Part shown: positions 41,068 to 51,725 of the stretch, in pieces
Layout: each line of letters opens with the position of its first letter
How positions within the stretch are numbered: position 1 is the stretch's first letter
Source: an uncultured Chloroflexia bacterium
GTDB taxonomy: Bacteria > Chloroflexota > Limnocylindria > Limnocylindrales > CSP1-4
Assembly (NCBI GenBank): GCA_963819655.1
Contig: CAWFXA010000001.1
Coordinates: 480,001-544,000, forward strand
Reading direction: 5' to 3'
DNA: 64,000 bases
The notes under the pieces: generated by a model
Told to the model about the DNA's origin: nothing
Databases searched by the model: none
The model's input: only the letters and a program-made list of their open reading frames with translations
Program-made: the position numbers and the translations under genes

Positions 41068-42951
41068 TCACTCGTCGGCCCCGTCCCAGTTCTCGATGAG
41101 ATCGGACAGGCCCTTACCCGCCGGCATCATCGGGAAGACGTTCTGCTCCTCGGCGATCTCGAACCAGATCAGCGCCGGGCCGTCGACCCCTTGCGCGAAG
41201 CGGATCGCCTCGTCGACCTCGGCCGGCGTCGATGCCTTCATGGCCGGGATCCCGAACGCCTCGGCGAGCTTCAGGTAATCCGGGCCGAGCAGGTGCGCCG
41301 AGTGGTAGTTGCCGCCGTAGATGATCTCCTGCCATTGCCGGATCATCCCCAGCTTCTTGTTGTCGAACAGGGCGATCTTCACCGGGATGCGGTCCTGGAC
41401 GAGCGTCATCAGCTCCTGGAACGTCATCTGGAAGCCGCCGTCGCCGGTGATCGCCCAGGTCTCGCGATCCGGTCGCCCGAGCGCGGCGCCCATGGCGGCC
41501 GGGACGCTGAAGCCCATCGTGCCGAGGCCGCCCGACGAGACGTGCTGGTTCGGTTCGCGGAAGCCCGTGTAGCGGGCCAGCCACATCTGGTTCTGGCCGA
41601 CGTCCGCGACGTATGTCGCCTTGTGATCGCTGAGTTCGCCGATGCGGGCGACGACGTAGTCGGCCGACAGGAGCCCGTCGCGCCAGGCGCCGGAGCCGTG
41701 CCAGGAGGACGATTCCGAATCACGCCGCCACTCGGCGAGCTGGTCGAGATACTCCTGGCGGTCCGCCATCGGCGTCTCGGGCACCATCCGCGTGAGCGCC
41801 TGGAGCACCCGCTTCGCGTCGCCGACGATCGGGACCTCGACCGCGACGTTCTTGCCGATCTCGGCCGGGTCGATATCGGCGTGGACGATCCGAGCGTACG
41901 GCGCGTACGTCCGCACGTTGCCGGTCACCCGATCGTCGAAGCGCATGCCGATCGCGACGAGCAGGTCGGCCGATTGGATCGCCCGATTGACGTGCTTCCA
42001 GCCGTGCATGCCCATGTAGCCGTAGGCCAGCGGGTGGGTCTCGTCCATCGCGCCGATCCCGAGCAGCGTCCACGCCACGGGGATCGAGGTCTTCTCGGCG
42101 AACGCGCGCAGGTCGTCCCACGCCTCGGCGTGGAGGACGCCGTGACCTGCGAGGATGACCGGCCGCTTGGCGGCGGCGATCTCGGCGACCGCGGTCTTGA
42201 GCTGGCGGGCGTGTCCCTCGAGGTTCGGGCGAAAACCGGGCAGCCCGGCGATGACATCGTCCTCGGACGGGTGCTCGGCCCGGGTCTCCTGCTGAAGCGC
42301 GTCCTTCGTGATGTCGATATGGACCGGGCCCGGCCGGCCGCTCCGGGCGATGTGGAACGCCTCGGCGACGACGCGTGGCAGCTCGTCTGCGTCGCGGACC
42401 AGGTAGTTGTGTTTCGTCATCGGCAGCGTGATGCCGTTGATGTCGATCTCCTGGAACGCGTCCTTGCCGATCAGCGCCGACGGAACGTTGCCGGTGATCG
42501 CGACCATCGGCACGGAGTCGAGGAGGGCGGTCCCGATCCCGGTGACGAGGTTCGTGGCTCCCGGTCCCGACGTGCCCATGCACACGCCGACCCGACCGGT
42601 CACCCGCGCATAGCCGTCGGCGGCGTGGGCGCCGCCCTGCTCGTGGCGGACGAGCACGTGGCGGAGCTCCGGGTAATCCCCGAGGACGTCGTAGAGGGGC
42701 AGGATGACCCCGCCCGGATAGCTGAAGAAGACGTCGACGCCCTGGCGAAGCAGGGCCTCACACAGGACGTCGGCGCCGATCCGGGTGCGCTTGAGGTCGC
42801 GCGCCTCGTGGAGCATGGCCTTGCGGGCCTGCTCGACGGCTGCGGCGTGGGCCGTCCCGTCGCCTGGCACGTGACTGCGACGCGCAGGCGGCGTCGAGCT
42901 CGGCGGCTTCGCCGGACTCGGCGGCTTCGCGGGATCGGTCTCGGTCGTCAT
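41068..42951 (-). CDS. ilvB: acetolactate synthase large subunit
   Basis: YPGG, RHEQG, TSGPGATN, GMHG, SSGGLGTMG, GDGGFQM. Confidence 0.95.
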   Translation of the reverse strand: MTTETDPAKPPSPAKPPSSTPPARRSHVPGDGTAHAAAVEQARKAMLHEARDLKRTRIGADVLCEALLRQGVDVFFSYPGGVILPLYDVLGDYPELRHVLVRHEQGGAHAADGYARVTGRVGVCMGTSGPGATNLVTGIGTALLDSVPMVAITGNVPSALIGKDAFQEIDINGITLPMTKHNYLVRDADELPRVVAEAFHIARSGRPGPVHIDITKDALQQETRAEHPSEDDVIAGLPGFRPNLEGHARQLKTAVAEIAAAKRPVILAGHGVLHAEAWDDLRAFAEKTSIPVAWTLLGIGAMDETHPLAYGYMGMHGWKHVNRAIQSADLLVAIGMRFDDRVTGNVRTYAPYARIVHADIDPAEIGKNVAVEVPIVGDAKRVLQALTRMVPETPMADRQEYLDQLAEWRRDSESSSWHGSGAWRDGLLSADYVVARIGELSDHKATYVADVGQNQMWLARYTGFREPNQHVSSGGLGTMGFSVPAAMGAALGRPDRETWAITGDGGFQMTFQELMTLVQDRIPVKIALFDNKKLGMIRQWQEIIYGGNYHSAHLLGPDYLKLAEAFGIPAMKASTPAEVDEAIRFAQGVDGPALIWFEIAEEQNVFPMMPAGKGLSDLIENWDGADE

Positions 42952-42975
42952 GGCGGGCCCTCAGAAGGTGGCTGA

Positions 42976-43010
42976 CAAACAGAAGACCCTCGCCTCCCGG
43001 CGAGGGTCCC
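42976..43010 (-). terminator. attenuator terminator of the ilv-leu operon
   Basis: Minus strand GACCCTCGCC-GGGA-GGCGAGGGTC-TTCTGTTTG, between the leader ORF and ilvB. Confidence 0.85.
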
Positions 43011-43035
43011 TTCGGTAGTGCGTGGTTCGTGACGC

Positions 43036-43173
43036 CTAGCGTCCGTCCCTCCGCGTCCCTCCGTTCTCCCGCCGGGAGCCGGTAATGAGGCCAAGAAGGC
43101 CATCAAGCCCCAGAAGCGAGCGAAGAAGCGAGAGGAGCGATACGTCGCCGAACGGGTTCGACTCGATCGGCAT
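43036..43173 (-). CDS. Leu-rich leader peptide (45 aa)
   Basis: MPIESNPFGDVSLLSLLRSLLGLDGLLGLITGSRRENGGTRRDGR; 10 Leu, 6 of them the low-GC3 codon CTT. Confidence 0.75.
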   Translation of the reverse strand: MPIESNPFGDVSLLSLLRSLLGLDGLLGLITGSRRENGGTRRDGR

Positions 43174-43461
43174 GTGGACGCGGCGGCCATCCGTCGTGAT
43201 CACGACGGCGACGGTGCGGCGATCCTGTCGATCGAAACGGCCCAAGCTGGCCTCCAAACGCTGACCCGCGCGGGTACGACCCTGCGGTTGGCCGCAGTCT
43301 AGCAGGGATGCACGACCCGTCAACGTTCCCCCGATGGTCCTGGGTCTGCCCGATACGTGGCGAGATGCTCGTGCAGCGCCCCTGAGGTCGCTAGTCGCGT
43401 GACGGCCGGCACACCGGCCCAACGGGCCGCTCGACCGGTCATCCGCACCGCGGCCGTCTGG

Positions 43462-43666
43462 CGTTGACCGACGGTCAACGTTTTGGACGCGAAGGGCTCC
43501 GGGTCTGGTGGTCGGCACCCTTTCGTTGGCCGACGGTCAACGCTTATGGGCGAGAGCTGCTCCAGCCCGGTAGTCGTCGCTGATTCGTCGACCGACGGTC
43601 ACCAGATCGACGAGAAACGAGCCCCGGTCCGCCGATCGGTCCGATATCGTTGACCCACGGTCAGCG
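43462..43666. repeat. four copies of the 19-bp palindrome CGTTGACCGACGGTCAACG at a 62-bp period
   Basis: Copies start at 43462, 43524, 43586 and 43648 with 0, 1, 3 and 2 mismatches; spacers are all 43 bp. Confidence 0.85.
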
Positions 43667-43673
43667 CGCCGGG

Positions 43674-45410
43674 TCAGGCGCCGGCCCCGAAGCCGGACAC
43701 GGAACGGAACCCCTCGCCGAGCCGCAGGCCCTGGCTGCGGATGAGCTCCTCGAGGTCGAGCGTCTCCGTCGACGGCCGCTCCAGGGGCACGCCGAGCAGG
43801 TAGCCCTGGCCCGCCCGGATCCCCAGGGAGCGGACGAACTCCAGCTGCTCGACGGTCTCGACACCCTCCGCGATGACGAGCGCGCCCCAGCGGTCGGCGA
43901 GGTCCTTGAGCGTCAGGACGACCTCCTGCGACGTGGCCCGGACGACGCCGCCCTGGACGAGCGACAGGTCGATCTTGACGATGTCGAAGCGGAGCTGGGA
44001 CAGCAGCCGCAGACCGGCGTTGCCGGCGCCCACATCGTCCGCGGCGATCCGCATCCCGGCGGCGCGGCAGGCATCGACCGCGCGGGTCAATCGCTCCATG
44101 TCCTCGACCGCCTCTCGTTCGGTGAGCTCGAGGACGACCCGTCCCGGGTCGACGCCGTTGCGATGGAGAAGCTGCACCAGCCCGTGCACGCTGAACTGGT
44201 CCGACTCGAGCGAGCGCGGGGAGAGGTTCAGCGTCAGGCTGCCGGGCAGGGACAGCCGGGCGAACGAGGCGATCGATGTCGTCAGGCAGGCCAGATCGAG
44301 CTCGACGGTCCGGCCGAAGGCCTCGGCCGCGGTGAACAGGTCGGTGGCGTCCGTGAAGCCCGACCCGGGCATCGGCCGGCTGAGGGCCTCGAACCCGCGC
44401 GGCCGACCCGAGCCCAGGTCGAAGATCGGTTGGAAGACCGTCGTCAACGCGCCGGTCGCGGCGACACGGGCGACGAGCGCCGCTCGACCGGCGTCGGATC
44501 GCTCCATCCCCGGCGAGCCGTGGCGTTCGGGCTCGAAGATCGAGACGCACGTCCGGCCGTGCTTCTTGCCGTACGCCAGCGCGGCGTCGGCCTCGCGGTA
44601 CAGCGTTGCGCGATCCCGCGCGGTGCCTGGGACCGCGGCGATGCCCACCGTGAACGACCACGGCTGGGCGATCGCCGTCCCGGGCCGTCGGCCGTCGTCG
44701 ACCCCCCGATCGAGGACCGTGGCCAGGACCCGGCGCATCGCCAGGTAGGCGCCGTCTGCATCGACGCCCGGCATCAGGACGGCGAACTCATCGCCCCCGA
44801 TCCGGAACACCTGGTCGCCCCGTCGAAGGCCCGCGGCGAGCAGGCCGCCGACCCCGACCAGGACGCGGTCCCCACCCGCGTGCCCATCGGCTTCGTTGAC
44901 CTTGCCGAAATCGTCCAGGTCCAGGATCGCCAGGGCGAGCCGGCTGTTGTGGCGGGTCGCGCCGACCCACTGGCGCTCGAGCTCCTCCTGGAAGGCCCGG
45001 TGGTTGCCGAGACCGGTCAGGGCATCGCGCAGCGATTCCGCACGCGCTCGGGTGTAGGCGTCCTCGAGGACGACGCGCGCCCGGTCGAGCCGTTCGGCTG
45101 GTTCGAGGATACGTTTCGCCATCCACACCGTGAGCCAGGCGAGGGCGATCGTGATGCCCGCGATGCCGGCCATCGGCAGGAGGATCGATTCGCCGTCGCC
45201 GATGGTGAGCGCGTAGATGATCGGCGCGCCAGCGCGACCGGGATCGTGAACATCGTGACCAGAGCCAGGATCAGGCGCAGGCGGACGACGCGCAGGTCGG
45301 TCGACCCGTCGAAGATCGTCTGCTCGGGCTCGCGGGCGTCGTGGGTCGGGGGGCTGGTCTGGATGTCGGGGCCTCCGGATCGGGACGATGCTCCGGTCGG
45401 ACGTGGACAC
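43674..45410 (-). CDS. 2-TM GGDEF-EAL protein; N-terminus frameshifted near 45230
   Basis: [33 protein letters not shown]. The first TM ([18 protein letters not shown]) is in ORF 45017..45472. Confidence 0.85.
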   Translation of the reverse strand: MSTSDRSIVPIRRPRHPDQPPDPRRPRARADDLRRVDRPARRPPAPDPGSGHDVHDPGRAGAPIIYALTIGDGESILLPMAGIAGITIALAWLTVWMAKRILEPAERLDRARVVLEDAYTRARAESLRDALTGLGNHRAFQEELERQWVGATRHNSRLALAILDLDDFGKVNEADGHAGGDRVLVGVGGLLAAGLRRGDQVFRIGGDEFAVLMPGVDADGAYLAMRRVLATVLDRGVDDGRRPGTAIAQPWSFTVGIAAVPGTARDRATLYREADAALAYGKKHGRTCVSIFEPERHGSPGMERSDAGRAALVARVAATGALTTVFQPIFDLGSGRPRGFEALSRPMPGSGFTDATDLFTAAEAFGRTVELDLACLTTSIASFARLSLPGSLTLNLSPRSLESDQFSVHGLVQLLHRNGVDPGRVVLELTEREAVEDMERLTRAVDACRAAGMRIAADDVGAGNAGLRLLSQLRFDIVKIDLSLVQGGVVRATSQEVVLTLKDLADRWGALVIAEGVETVEQLEFVRSLGIRAGQGYLLGVPLERPSTETLDLEELIRSQGLRLGEGFRSVSGFGAGA

Positions 45411-45546
45411 GCGCGGTCGCCTCGTTTATACGCCGCCCGCTGGTGGCGCGTACGGGCACCGTGGTACCGCACGCCATAGGACCTCCGGTCCCTCTGCTAC
45501 CCTCTCCCGACCGCACGACCAGCCCACCGGAGACCCGCGCCCCGCC

Positions 45547-46986
45547 ATGACCGCGCCTCGCACGATCATCGACAAGATCTGGGCCGACCACGTCGTGACC
45601 CAGGACCCGGGCGCCCCGGCCGTGCTCGCCGTCGACCTCCACCTCGTCCACGAGGTCACCTCGCCGCAGGCGTTCACCGGCTTGCGCGAACGGGGTCTGA
45701 CAGTCCGCCGGCCCGGGCAGACCGTCGCGACCGCCGACCATTCCATCCCGACGACCCCGCGCGACCTGCCGATGCTCGACCTACAGGCGGCGGCACAGAT
45801 CGGCCAGCTCGAGCGCAACTGCGCCGAATTCGGGATCCCGCTCCACGGCATCGGCTCGCCGTCGCAGGGCATCGTCCACGTCATCGGCCCACAGCTCGGC
45901 CTGACCCAGCCGGGCATGACGATCGTGTGCGGGGACTCGCACACGTCGACGCACGGTGCCTTCGGCGCCCTGGCGTTCGGGATCGGGACGAGCGAGGTCG
46001 AGATGGTGCTCGCGACCCAGACGCTCCTCCAGCGCCAGCCGAGGAGTTATGAGGTGCGGGTCGACGGGCGGCTCGCCCCGGGCGTCTCGGCGAAGGACAT
46101 CATCCTTGCCCTGATCGCACGGATCGGGGTCGGCGGCGGGACCGGCCATGTGTTCGAGTACCGCGGCGACGCGATCCGGGCGCTGACCATGGAACAGCGC
46201 ATGACGATCTGCAACATGAGCATCGAGGGCGGTGCACGCGCCGGCCTGATCGCCCCTGATGACACGACGTACGAATACGTCCATGGCAGGCCGCACGCGC
46301 CGCAGGACGCCGAGTGGGATGCGGCCGTCGAGCGCTGGCGCGGCCTGCCGACCGACGATGGGGCGGCGTTCGACCGGTCGATCACGATCGACGCGGATGG
46401 CCTGGAGCCGATGATCACGTACGGCACGAACCCCGGCATGGGTATCCCGATCACGTCGCGCGTCCCCTCCCCGTCCGACGAGGCGGATCCGGCGCAGCGT
46501 CGCGCGCTCGAGCACGCGCTCGCCTATATGGACCTGCAGCCCGGGCAGCCGATCCTCGGCCAGAAGGTCGATGTCGTGTTCGTCGGATCGTGCACGAACG
46601 GGCGTATCAGCGACCTGCGGCTGGCGGCCGCGGCGCTGAAGGATCGGCGCGTCGCCGATGGCGTGCGCCTCATGGTCACGCCAGGGAGTGACGAGGTGAA
46701 GCGCGAAGCCGAGCGCGAGGGCCTCGCCGAGGTCTTCAAGGCGGCGGGAGCGGACTGGCGCGAGTCTGGCTGCTCGATGTGCATCGCGATGAACGGCGAC
46801 CAGCTGACACCCGGCCAGTACGCCGTCAGCACGTCCAACCGCAACTTCGAGGGTCGCCAGGGCAAGGGCGGCCGGACCTTCCTGGCGTCGCCGTTGACCG
46901 CTGCCGCATCGGCGATCACCGGCGTCGTGACCGATCCGCGGACGCTGCCCGGCATCGAAACGCTGACCGCCGTCGGGGGCCGCTGA
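45547..46986 (+). CDS. leuC: 3-isopropylmalate dehydratase large subunit
   Basis: [48 protein letters not shown]. Confidence 0.95.
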   Translation: MTAPRTIIDKIWADHVVTQDPGAPAVLAVDLHLVHEVTSPQAFTGLRERGLTVRRPGQTVATADHSIPTTPRDLPMLDLQAAAQIGQLERNCAEFGIPLHGIGSPSQGIVHVIGPQLGLTQPGMTIVCGDSHTSTHGAFGALAFGIGTSEVEMVLATQTLLQRQPRSYEVRVDGRLAPGVSAKDIILALIARIGVGGGTGHVFEYRGDAIRALTMEQRMTICNMSIEGGARAGLIAPDDTTYEYVHGRPHAPQDAEWDAAVERWRGLPTDDGAAFDRSITIDADGLEPMITYGTNPGMGIPITSRVPSPSDEADPAQRRALEHALAYMDLQPGQPILGQKVDVVFVGSCTNGRISDLRLAAAALKDRRVADGVRLMVTPGSDEVKREAEREGLAEVFKAAGADWRESGCSMCIAMNGDQLTPGQYAVSTSNRNFEGRQGKGGRTFLASPLTAAASAITGVVTDPRTLPGIETLTAVGGR

Positions 46987-46988
46987 CC

Positions 46989-47609
46989 GTGGGCGAGCCG
47001 TTCCGGATGTTCACGAGCAAGGTCGTCCCGATCGACGCTGAGAACGTCGACACAGACCAGATCGTACCGGCCCGTTATCTCAAGGTGACGGATAAGGCCG
47101 GCCTCGCGGAGGCCCTCTTCCGTGACTGGCGGTTCGAGGAGGACGGCTCGCTCAAGACGCCCTCGTTCATCCTGGATACGCCGGGCATGGCCGGCCGTCA
47201 GATCCTCCTGGTCGGCAGCAACTTCGGGTCGGGCTCGTCACGCGAACACGCGCCATGGGCGCTGACGGCGTGGGGTGTGCGCGCCATCCTGTCGACCGGC
47301 TTCGCGGACATCTTCCGCAGCAACAGCCTCAAGAACGGCCTGCTGCCGATCGTCGTGACACCCGATGTCCATGACCGGTTGCGCGAGATCGTCGCGCGCG
47401 ACCCGGACGCCGAGCTGACGGTCGACCTCGCGGAAGAAGGCGTGTTGCTGCCGGACGGTTCGACGATCGACTTCGAGGTCGACCCGTTCGCCAAGCGCAT
47501 GTTGCTGGCGGGCACCGACGAGCTCGGGTACCTCTTGTCCAAGGCGCACGACATCGACGCCTGGGAGGCGTCGCACCCGCCCTTGATCGAGACTCGCGCG
47601 GCGAGCTGA
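46989..47609 (+). CDS. leuD: 3-isopropylmalate dehydratase small subunit
   Basis: NVDTDQIVPARYLK, NFGSGSSREHAPWAL, FADIF. Confidence 0.95.
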   Translation: MGEPFRMFTSKVVPIDAENVDTDQIVPARYLKVTDKAGLAEALFRDWRFEEDGSLKTPSFILDTPGMAGRQILLVGSNFGSGSSREHAPWALTAWGVRAILSTGFADIFRSNSLKNGLLPIVVTPDVHDRLREIVARDPDAELTVDLAEEGVLLPDGSTIDFEVDPFAKRMLLAGTDELGYLLSKAHDIDAWEASHPPLIETRAAS

Positions 47610-47692
47610 CGCCGACCGTTGGACGAGTGGCAGACATCCAGCCAGTCGGGCTGTCTCGGAACCGCGCGACGCCCCTTGCCGTCTCCGCAGCC

Positions 47693-48217
47693 ATGAACAT
47701 CATCCGATCCACCGGTCGCCTCGGCGCCGGTCTTCTCGCCATTGCGCTCCTGGCGGCGTGTGCGAGCGGCGGCGCCGCTCCTTCAACGGCGCCCACCCAG
47801 CCGCCGGCCGATGCGCCCGTCACGGCACCGCCCAGTGACGGCACGGGCGTGAACCCAAATCCCGATCCGGGTATCGGCGCCAAGCCGATCGTCCCGAAGC
47901 CGGGTCAGGCGATCGATGTCCATCCCGTCGTCGCGGACACCATCGCGGCGCGCGTCGATGGCAACAAGATCCTCGTCACGGTGACCTGGACGAGCGGGGT
48001 CGAGCCGTGCACGATCCTCGACTCGATCGTCGCCACCAAGGGCGACGGCACCTACACGGTCACTCTGAACGAGGGCAGCAACCCGCAGGAGATCGCGTGC
48101 ATCGCGATCGCCGAGCAGCACGTGACCGAATTCGAGATCCCCGATGTCGCGGCCGGGACGTGGACGATCAGCGACTCGGGCGGCGTCGCCCCGCCGGTCG
48201 AAGTGACGGTCGGCTGA
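47693..48217 (+). CDS. hypothetical lipoprotein
   Basis: Lipobox LAAC, Pro/Thr linker, and a beta-rich domain with a Cys pair (VEPC, ACIAIA). Confidence 0.7.
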   Translation: MNIIRSTGRLGAGLLAIALLAACASGGAAPSTAPTQPPADAPVTAPPSDGTGVNPNPDPGIGAKPIVPKPGQAIDVHPVVADTIAARVDGNKILVTVTWTSGVEPCTILDSIVATKGDGTYTVTLNEGSNPQEIACIAIAEQHVTEFEIPDVAAGTWTISDSGGVAPPVEVTVG

Positions 48218-48315
48218 CCCTCCGGCCCCCGCACCGGCCACCCTCGACCACCCAGGAATGCCCCGGACCTGACCGGCCCGGGGCATCCTCATGAGCCCTG
48301 TGCGACGATCGGCGC

Positions 48316-49502
48316 GTGAACCCGCTCGACCTCGTGGCCATCCTGCTGGTCATCCTCGCCGTCGTTCTCGGGTTCAACTCCGGAGCGCTGCCCCAGGTCG
48401 GCGGCCTGCTCGGTGCCGTCGGTGGCGGCGCGCTCCTCGTCCTTGCGTTGCCGGTCGTCGTCGGGCCGCTCGACAGCGTTCCCGTCAACGTGCGCCCGTA
48501 CGTCGTGCTGGCCGGCCTGCTGATGGCGGTCGGGATCGGCGAATCGGTCGGCTCGGCCATCGGCCGGACGGCGGCGCGGTCCCTGGGGAGCGGGTTCCTC
48601 GGGGCCGCCGACCGCCTGGCGGGCAGCATCACCGGCGCTGCCCAGGCACTCCTCATCGTGTGGCTCGCCGGCGGCCTGCTGGCGATCGGCCCGGTGCCAC
48701 GTCTGACCGAGGCCGCCCAGACGTCGACCGCCATCCGGACACTCAACGCGGTCCTGCCGCCGCCCACGGAGATCGCCACCGGGCTGGGTAGCCTGCTCGA
48801 CGACTCGGGCCTGCCCGACGTGTTCGTCGGCTTCGAGCCGCTGCCGCGCCCACCGGTCGACGATGCCGACCGACGCGACGGCGCGTCAGATCGCCGAGCA
48901 GGCCGGCGGCAGCACGGTGCGGATAGTCGCCGGTGTCTGCGGCGCGCAGGCATCGGGCAGTGGCGTCGTCGTGGCCGACGGGTACGTCGTCACCAACGCC
49001 CATGTCGTCGCCGGGGCACGGGATGGGGCCGTCACGGTCTCGACCGTCGGCGGCGACCGCGTCGGCGCGCGGGTCGTCCTGTTCGACCCGGCGCTCGACG
49101 TGGCACTGCTCCTCGTGCCGGACCTCCGAGCACCGCCGCTCCGGTTCGCGACCGCCGATCCGCGGCGCGAGACGGATGGCGCGGCGCTCGGCTACCCGGG
49201 CGGCGGCTCCCTCACGATCGTAGCCGGCGGCCGTGACCGGCGCGTACCGGGCGACGGGTCGCGATATCTACGGAGAGGCTCGGGTCGATCGCAACATCCT
49301 CGAGCTCCGGGCCAAGATCGAGCGCGGCGACAGCGGCGGCCCGTTCGTGCTGCGGGACGGCACGATCGGTGGCCTCGTCTTCGCCGAGGCGCGGACCGAC
49401 CAAGAGGTCGGCTACGCGTTGAGTCCCACCTCAGTAGCGGTCAGGATCGCGCCTGGCCTGGGCCGCACCGGCGCAGTCGACACAGGTCGCTGCCTGCGCT
49501 GA
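48316..49502 (+). CDS. MarP-like CvpA + trypsin serine protease; two frameshifts (~48860, ~49222)
   Basis: TM N-terminus, then GSG..VTNAHVV and DVALL (ORF 48863), then GDSGGP (ORF 49233). Confidence 0.8.
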
Positions 49503-49503
49503 G

Positions 49504-49920
49504 TCAGTTCGTGTGATCCGGCGTCAGGGTCGCGATCCACGCGGCAATGACCCGCAGGATCTTGCCCTGGATCTTCGGGTGTTCGGAGAGCAGGGACGTG
49601 AACTCCCGGTGACCGACGACGAGGAGGAGTGCCGGTGTCGTGGCGGTGGCAGTCGCCGTGCGCGGGACCTTGCCCAGCATCGCCAGCTCGCCGAAGAAGT
49701 CGCCAGGGCCGAGATCGCGGAGGTGGCGACCCCCACGGCTGATCTCGATCGTGCCATCGAGCACGATGAAGAACTCCTCCGCTGTGGCGCCTTCCTTGGT
49801 GAGGACCTTGCCGGCCTTGACGGACACTTCGTCCGCGAGCCGACCGACATCGCGCAACTCCTTGGTGCCGAGTCCGGCGAAGAGCGGCACCTTCGAGAGC
49901 ATCGTCAGCTTCTCGTCCAT
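49504..49920 (-). CDS. stand-alone cyclic-nucleotide-binding domain protein
   Basis: VPLFAGL, LGPGDFFGELAML...PRTAT. Confidence 0.88.
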   Translation of the reverse strand: MDEKLTMLSKVPLFAGLGTKELRDVGRLADEVSVKAGKVLTKEGATAEEFFIVLDGTIEISRGGRHLRDLGPGDFFGELAMLGKVPRTATATATTPALLLVVGHREFTSLLSEHPKIQGKILRVIAAWIATLTPDHTN

Positions 49921-50033
49921 CGGTCCTGGGATCCCTCCGTGTCGGCCCGTATGTCTGCGTCCCGGAGGATACGCGCTCGGCGTGGCGCTCGAAAGAGCCC
50001 TCGGACGGGGTCCGGGCTGGCTATCCTTCCGGG

Positions 50034-51701
50034 ATGCCGCAACGGCTCGCGGGCCGCCTCGAGCCGGCGGTCGGCGCCCTCCGGACCGCGATGGCGGATA
50101 GCGCAGTCCGTCGGCTCATCGTCGCCTGGTTCGCGGTGGTCGCCGGCAAGTGGGCCCTGCTGGTCACCACCCTCGTCATCGCCTATGAGCAAGGCGGCAC
50201 GGTCGCGGTCGGGGTCCTGGGTGTCGTGCGTTTTCTCACGCCGGCCATCTTTGCGCCGTTCGCCGGGGTGCCCGCGGCGCGCTGGACGGCGCTCACGGTG
50301 CTGCGCGCGACCAACATCGCCCGGACCATCGCGGTCGTCGCTGTTGCCGTGGTCGTCGCGATCGACGCGCCTTTCGTCGCCCTCGCGCTGGTGGTCGGGC
50401 TCGAGGCAGGCCTCGGCGCATTCACGCGGCCCCTCCATATGGGGCTGCTGCCGGCATGTGCCCGCTCCCCCGATCAGCTCGTCGCGGCGAACGTCACGTC
50501 GAGTGCGGCAGAAGGCCTGGGAACGTTCGTGGGACCTGCCGTCGCGAGCCTGCTGCTGGTCTGGACCGGACCATTCGGCGCGATCGTCGCGGTCGGCGCG
50601 CTCTATGCCGCCGGGGTGGTGGCGCTCGCCCAGGCCCATATCCAGGTCGTCGGTCGACGGGACGCACGAGGGGGTCCGGACGAGGTCCTGGACGAGATCC
50701 TCGCCGGTGCCCGGGCCGTGGGCCGGCTACCGGGTCCGCGCCTCGTGGTCATCGGTTTCGCGCTTCAGACGTTCGTCCGCGGCCTGCTCACGGTGCTGAC
50801 GGTCGTCGCCGCCATCGAGCTTCTCGGGATGGGCGAACCGGGGGTCGGCACCCTCAACGCGGCGATGGGTCTTGGCGGGCTGGTCGGCGCCGCGGCGTCG
50901 ATCGCGCTCGCCGGTCGGGCGCGACTCTTCCCGGCGTTCGTCGTCGCGCTCGCGGGCTGGGGTGCGCCGATCGCACTCATCGGCCTGCTGATGAACCCGA
51001 CCGCGGCGATCGTGGCCATGATCGCGGTCGGCGTCAGCAACGCATTCCTCGACGTCGCCGGGTTCACGCTCGTGCAGCGGACGACGCCGAATGAGGCCCG
51101 TGTCGCCGTGCTCGGGCTGATCGACGGCGTCGCCAACCTCGGCCCGGCCATCGGTGGGATCGTCGCGCCGCTCCTGATCGCGGGTGCCGGCGTGCAAGGA
51201 GCCCTCGTGCTCACCGGTGCGCTGCTCCCGCTTGTCGCCGTCGCGCTCGGGTTCGCCTCGAGGGGCCTGGACGAGGGCGGACCCGCTGCGGCCCGGCGCG
51301 TCGAATTGCTGCGTGGCCAGCCGCTTTTCGCGCCGCTGTCGCTGGCCATCGTGGAACACCTGGCCGCATCCCTGGTCCCGGTCCCGTTTGCCGCCGGGAC
51401 ATGGCTGATCCGGGAGGGCGACGTCGGCGACGACTACCTCCTCATCGACGAAGGCGAGGTCGAGATCAGCCAGGGCGAGCGCCTGCTTGGGACGGGCGGC
51501 GCCGGGCTCGGCGTCGGTGAGATCGCGCTGATCAACGACATCCCGCGCACGGCATCGGTCCGCGCCGTCACTCCGGTGACGGCGTTCCGGATGGATCGCG
51601 ACGCGTTCCTCGAGGCGGTCACAGGTCACGCACAGAGCGACCTCGCCGCGCGCACGCTCGCCGCGGAGCGGCTGGCATCGGACCGCGGACGCGGCGCCTG
51701 A
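50034..51701 (+). CDS. MFS transporter with a C-terminal cNMP-binding domain
   Basis: About 12 TMs, then PLFAPL...IREGDVGD...GEIALINDIPRTASV. Confidence 0.87.
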   Translation: MPQRLAGRLEPAVGALRTAMADSAVRRLIVAWFAVVAGKWALLVTTLVIAYEQGGTVAVGVLGVVRFLTPAIFAPFAGVPAARWTALTVLRATNIARTIAVVAVAVVVAIDAPFVALALVVGLEAGLGAFTRPLHMGLLPACARSPDQLVAANVTSSAAEGLGTFVGPAVASLLLVWTGPFGAIVAVGALYAAGVVALAQAHIQVVGRRDARGGPDEVLDEILAGARAVGRLPGPRLVVIGFALQTFVRGLLTVLTVVAAIELLGMGEPGVGTLNAAMGLGGLVGAAASIALAGRARLFPAFVVALAGWGAPIALIGLLMNPTAAIVAMIAVGVSNAFLDVAGFTLVQRTTPNEARVAVLGLIDGVANLGPAIGGIVAPLLIAGAGVQGALVLTGALLPLVAVALGFASRGLDEGGPAAARRVELLRGQPLFAPLSLAIVEHLAASLVPVPFAAGTWLIREGDVGDDYLLIDEGEVEISQGERLLGTGGAGLGVGEIALINDIPRTASVRAVTPVTAFRMDRDAFLEAVTGHAQSDLAARTLAAERLASDRGRGA

Positions 51702-51725
51702 AGCCGTCGCCCTACACTGCAGCGC

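Noticed and set aside
40991-41071. In-frame TGA readthrough or selenocysteine extension of ilvN from GTG 41071
   Set aside because: A missing C after ATG 41001 explains it more simply, given the indel rate, and the region is a low-complexity extension.
42960-43260. T-box riboswitch upstream of ilvB
   Set aside because: No T-box consensus was found; the leader-peptide model fits better.
43462-43666. Calling the 62-bp array a CRISPR
   Set aside because: The repeat is only 19 bp, the spacers resemble each other, and there is no AT-rich leader or cas gene in the window. It is kept as an unexplained repeat.
34920-45479. Long plus-strand ORFs (34920..37241, 37807..39606, 40918..42975, 43650..45479)
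   Set aside because: They are antisense shadows of real genes, expected at high GC, and have no recognisable motifs. The same applies to 10627..13029 and 879..2219.
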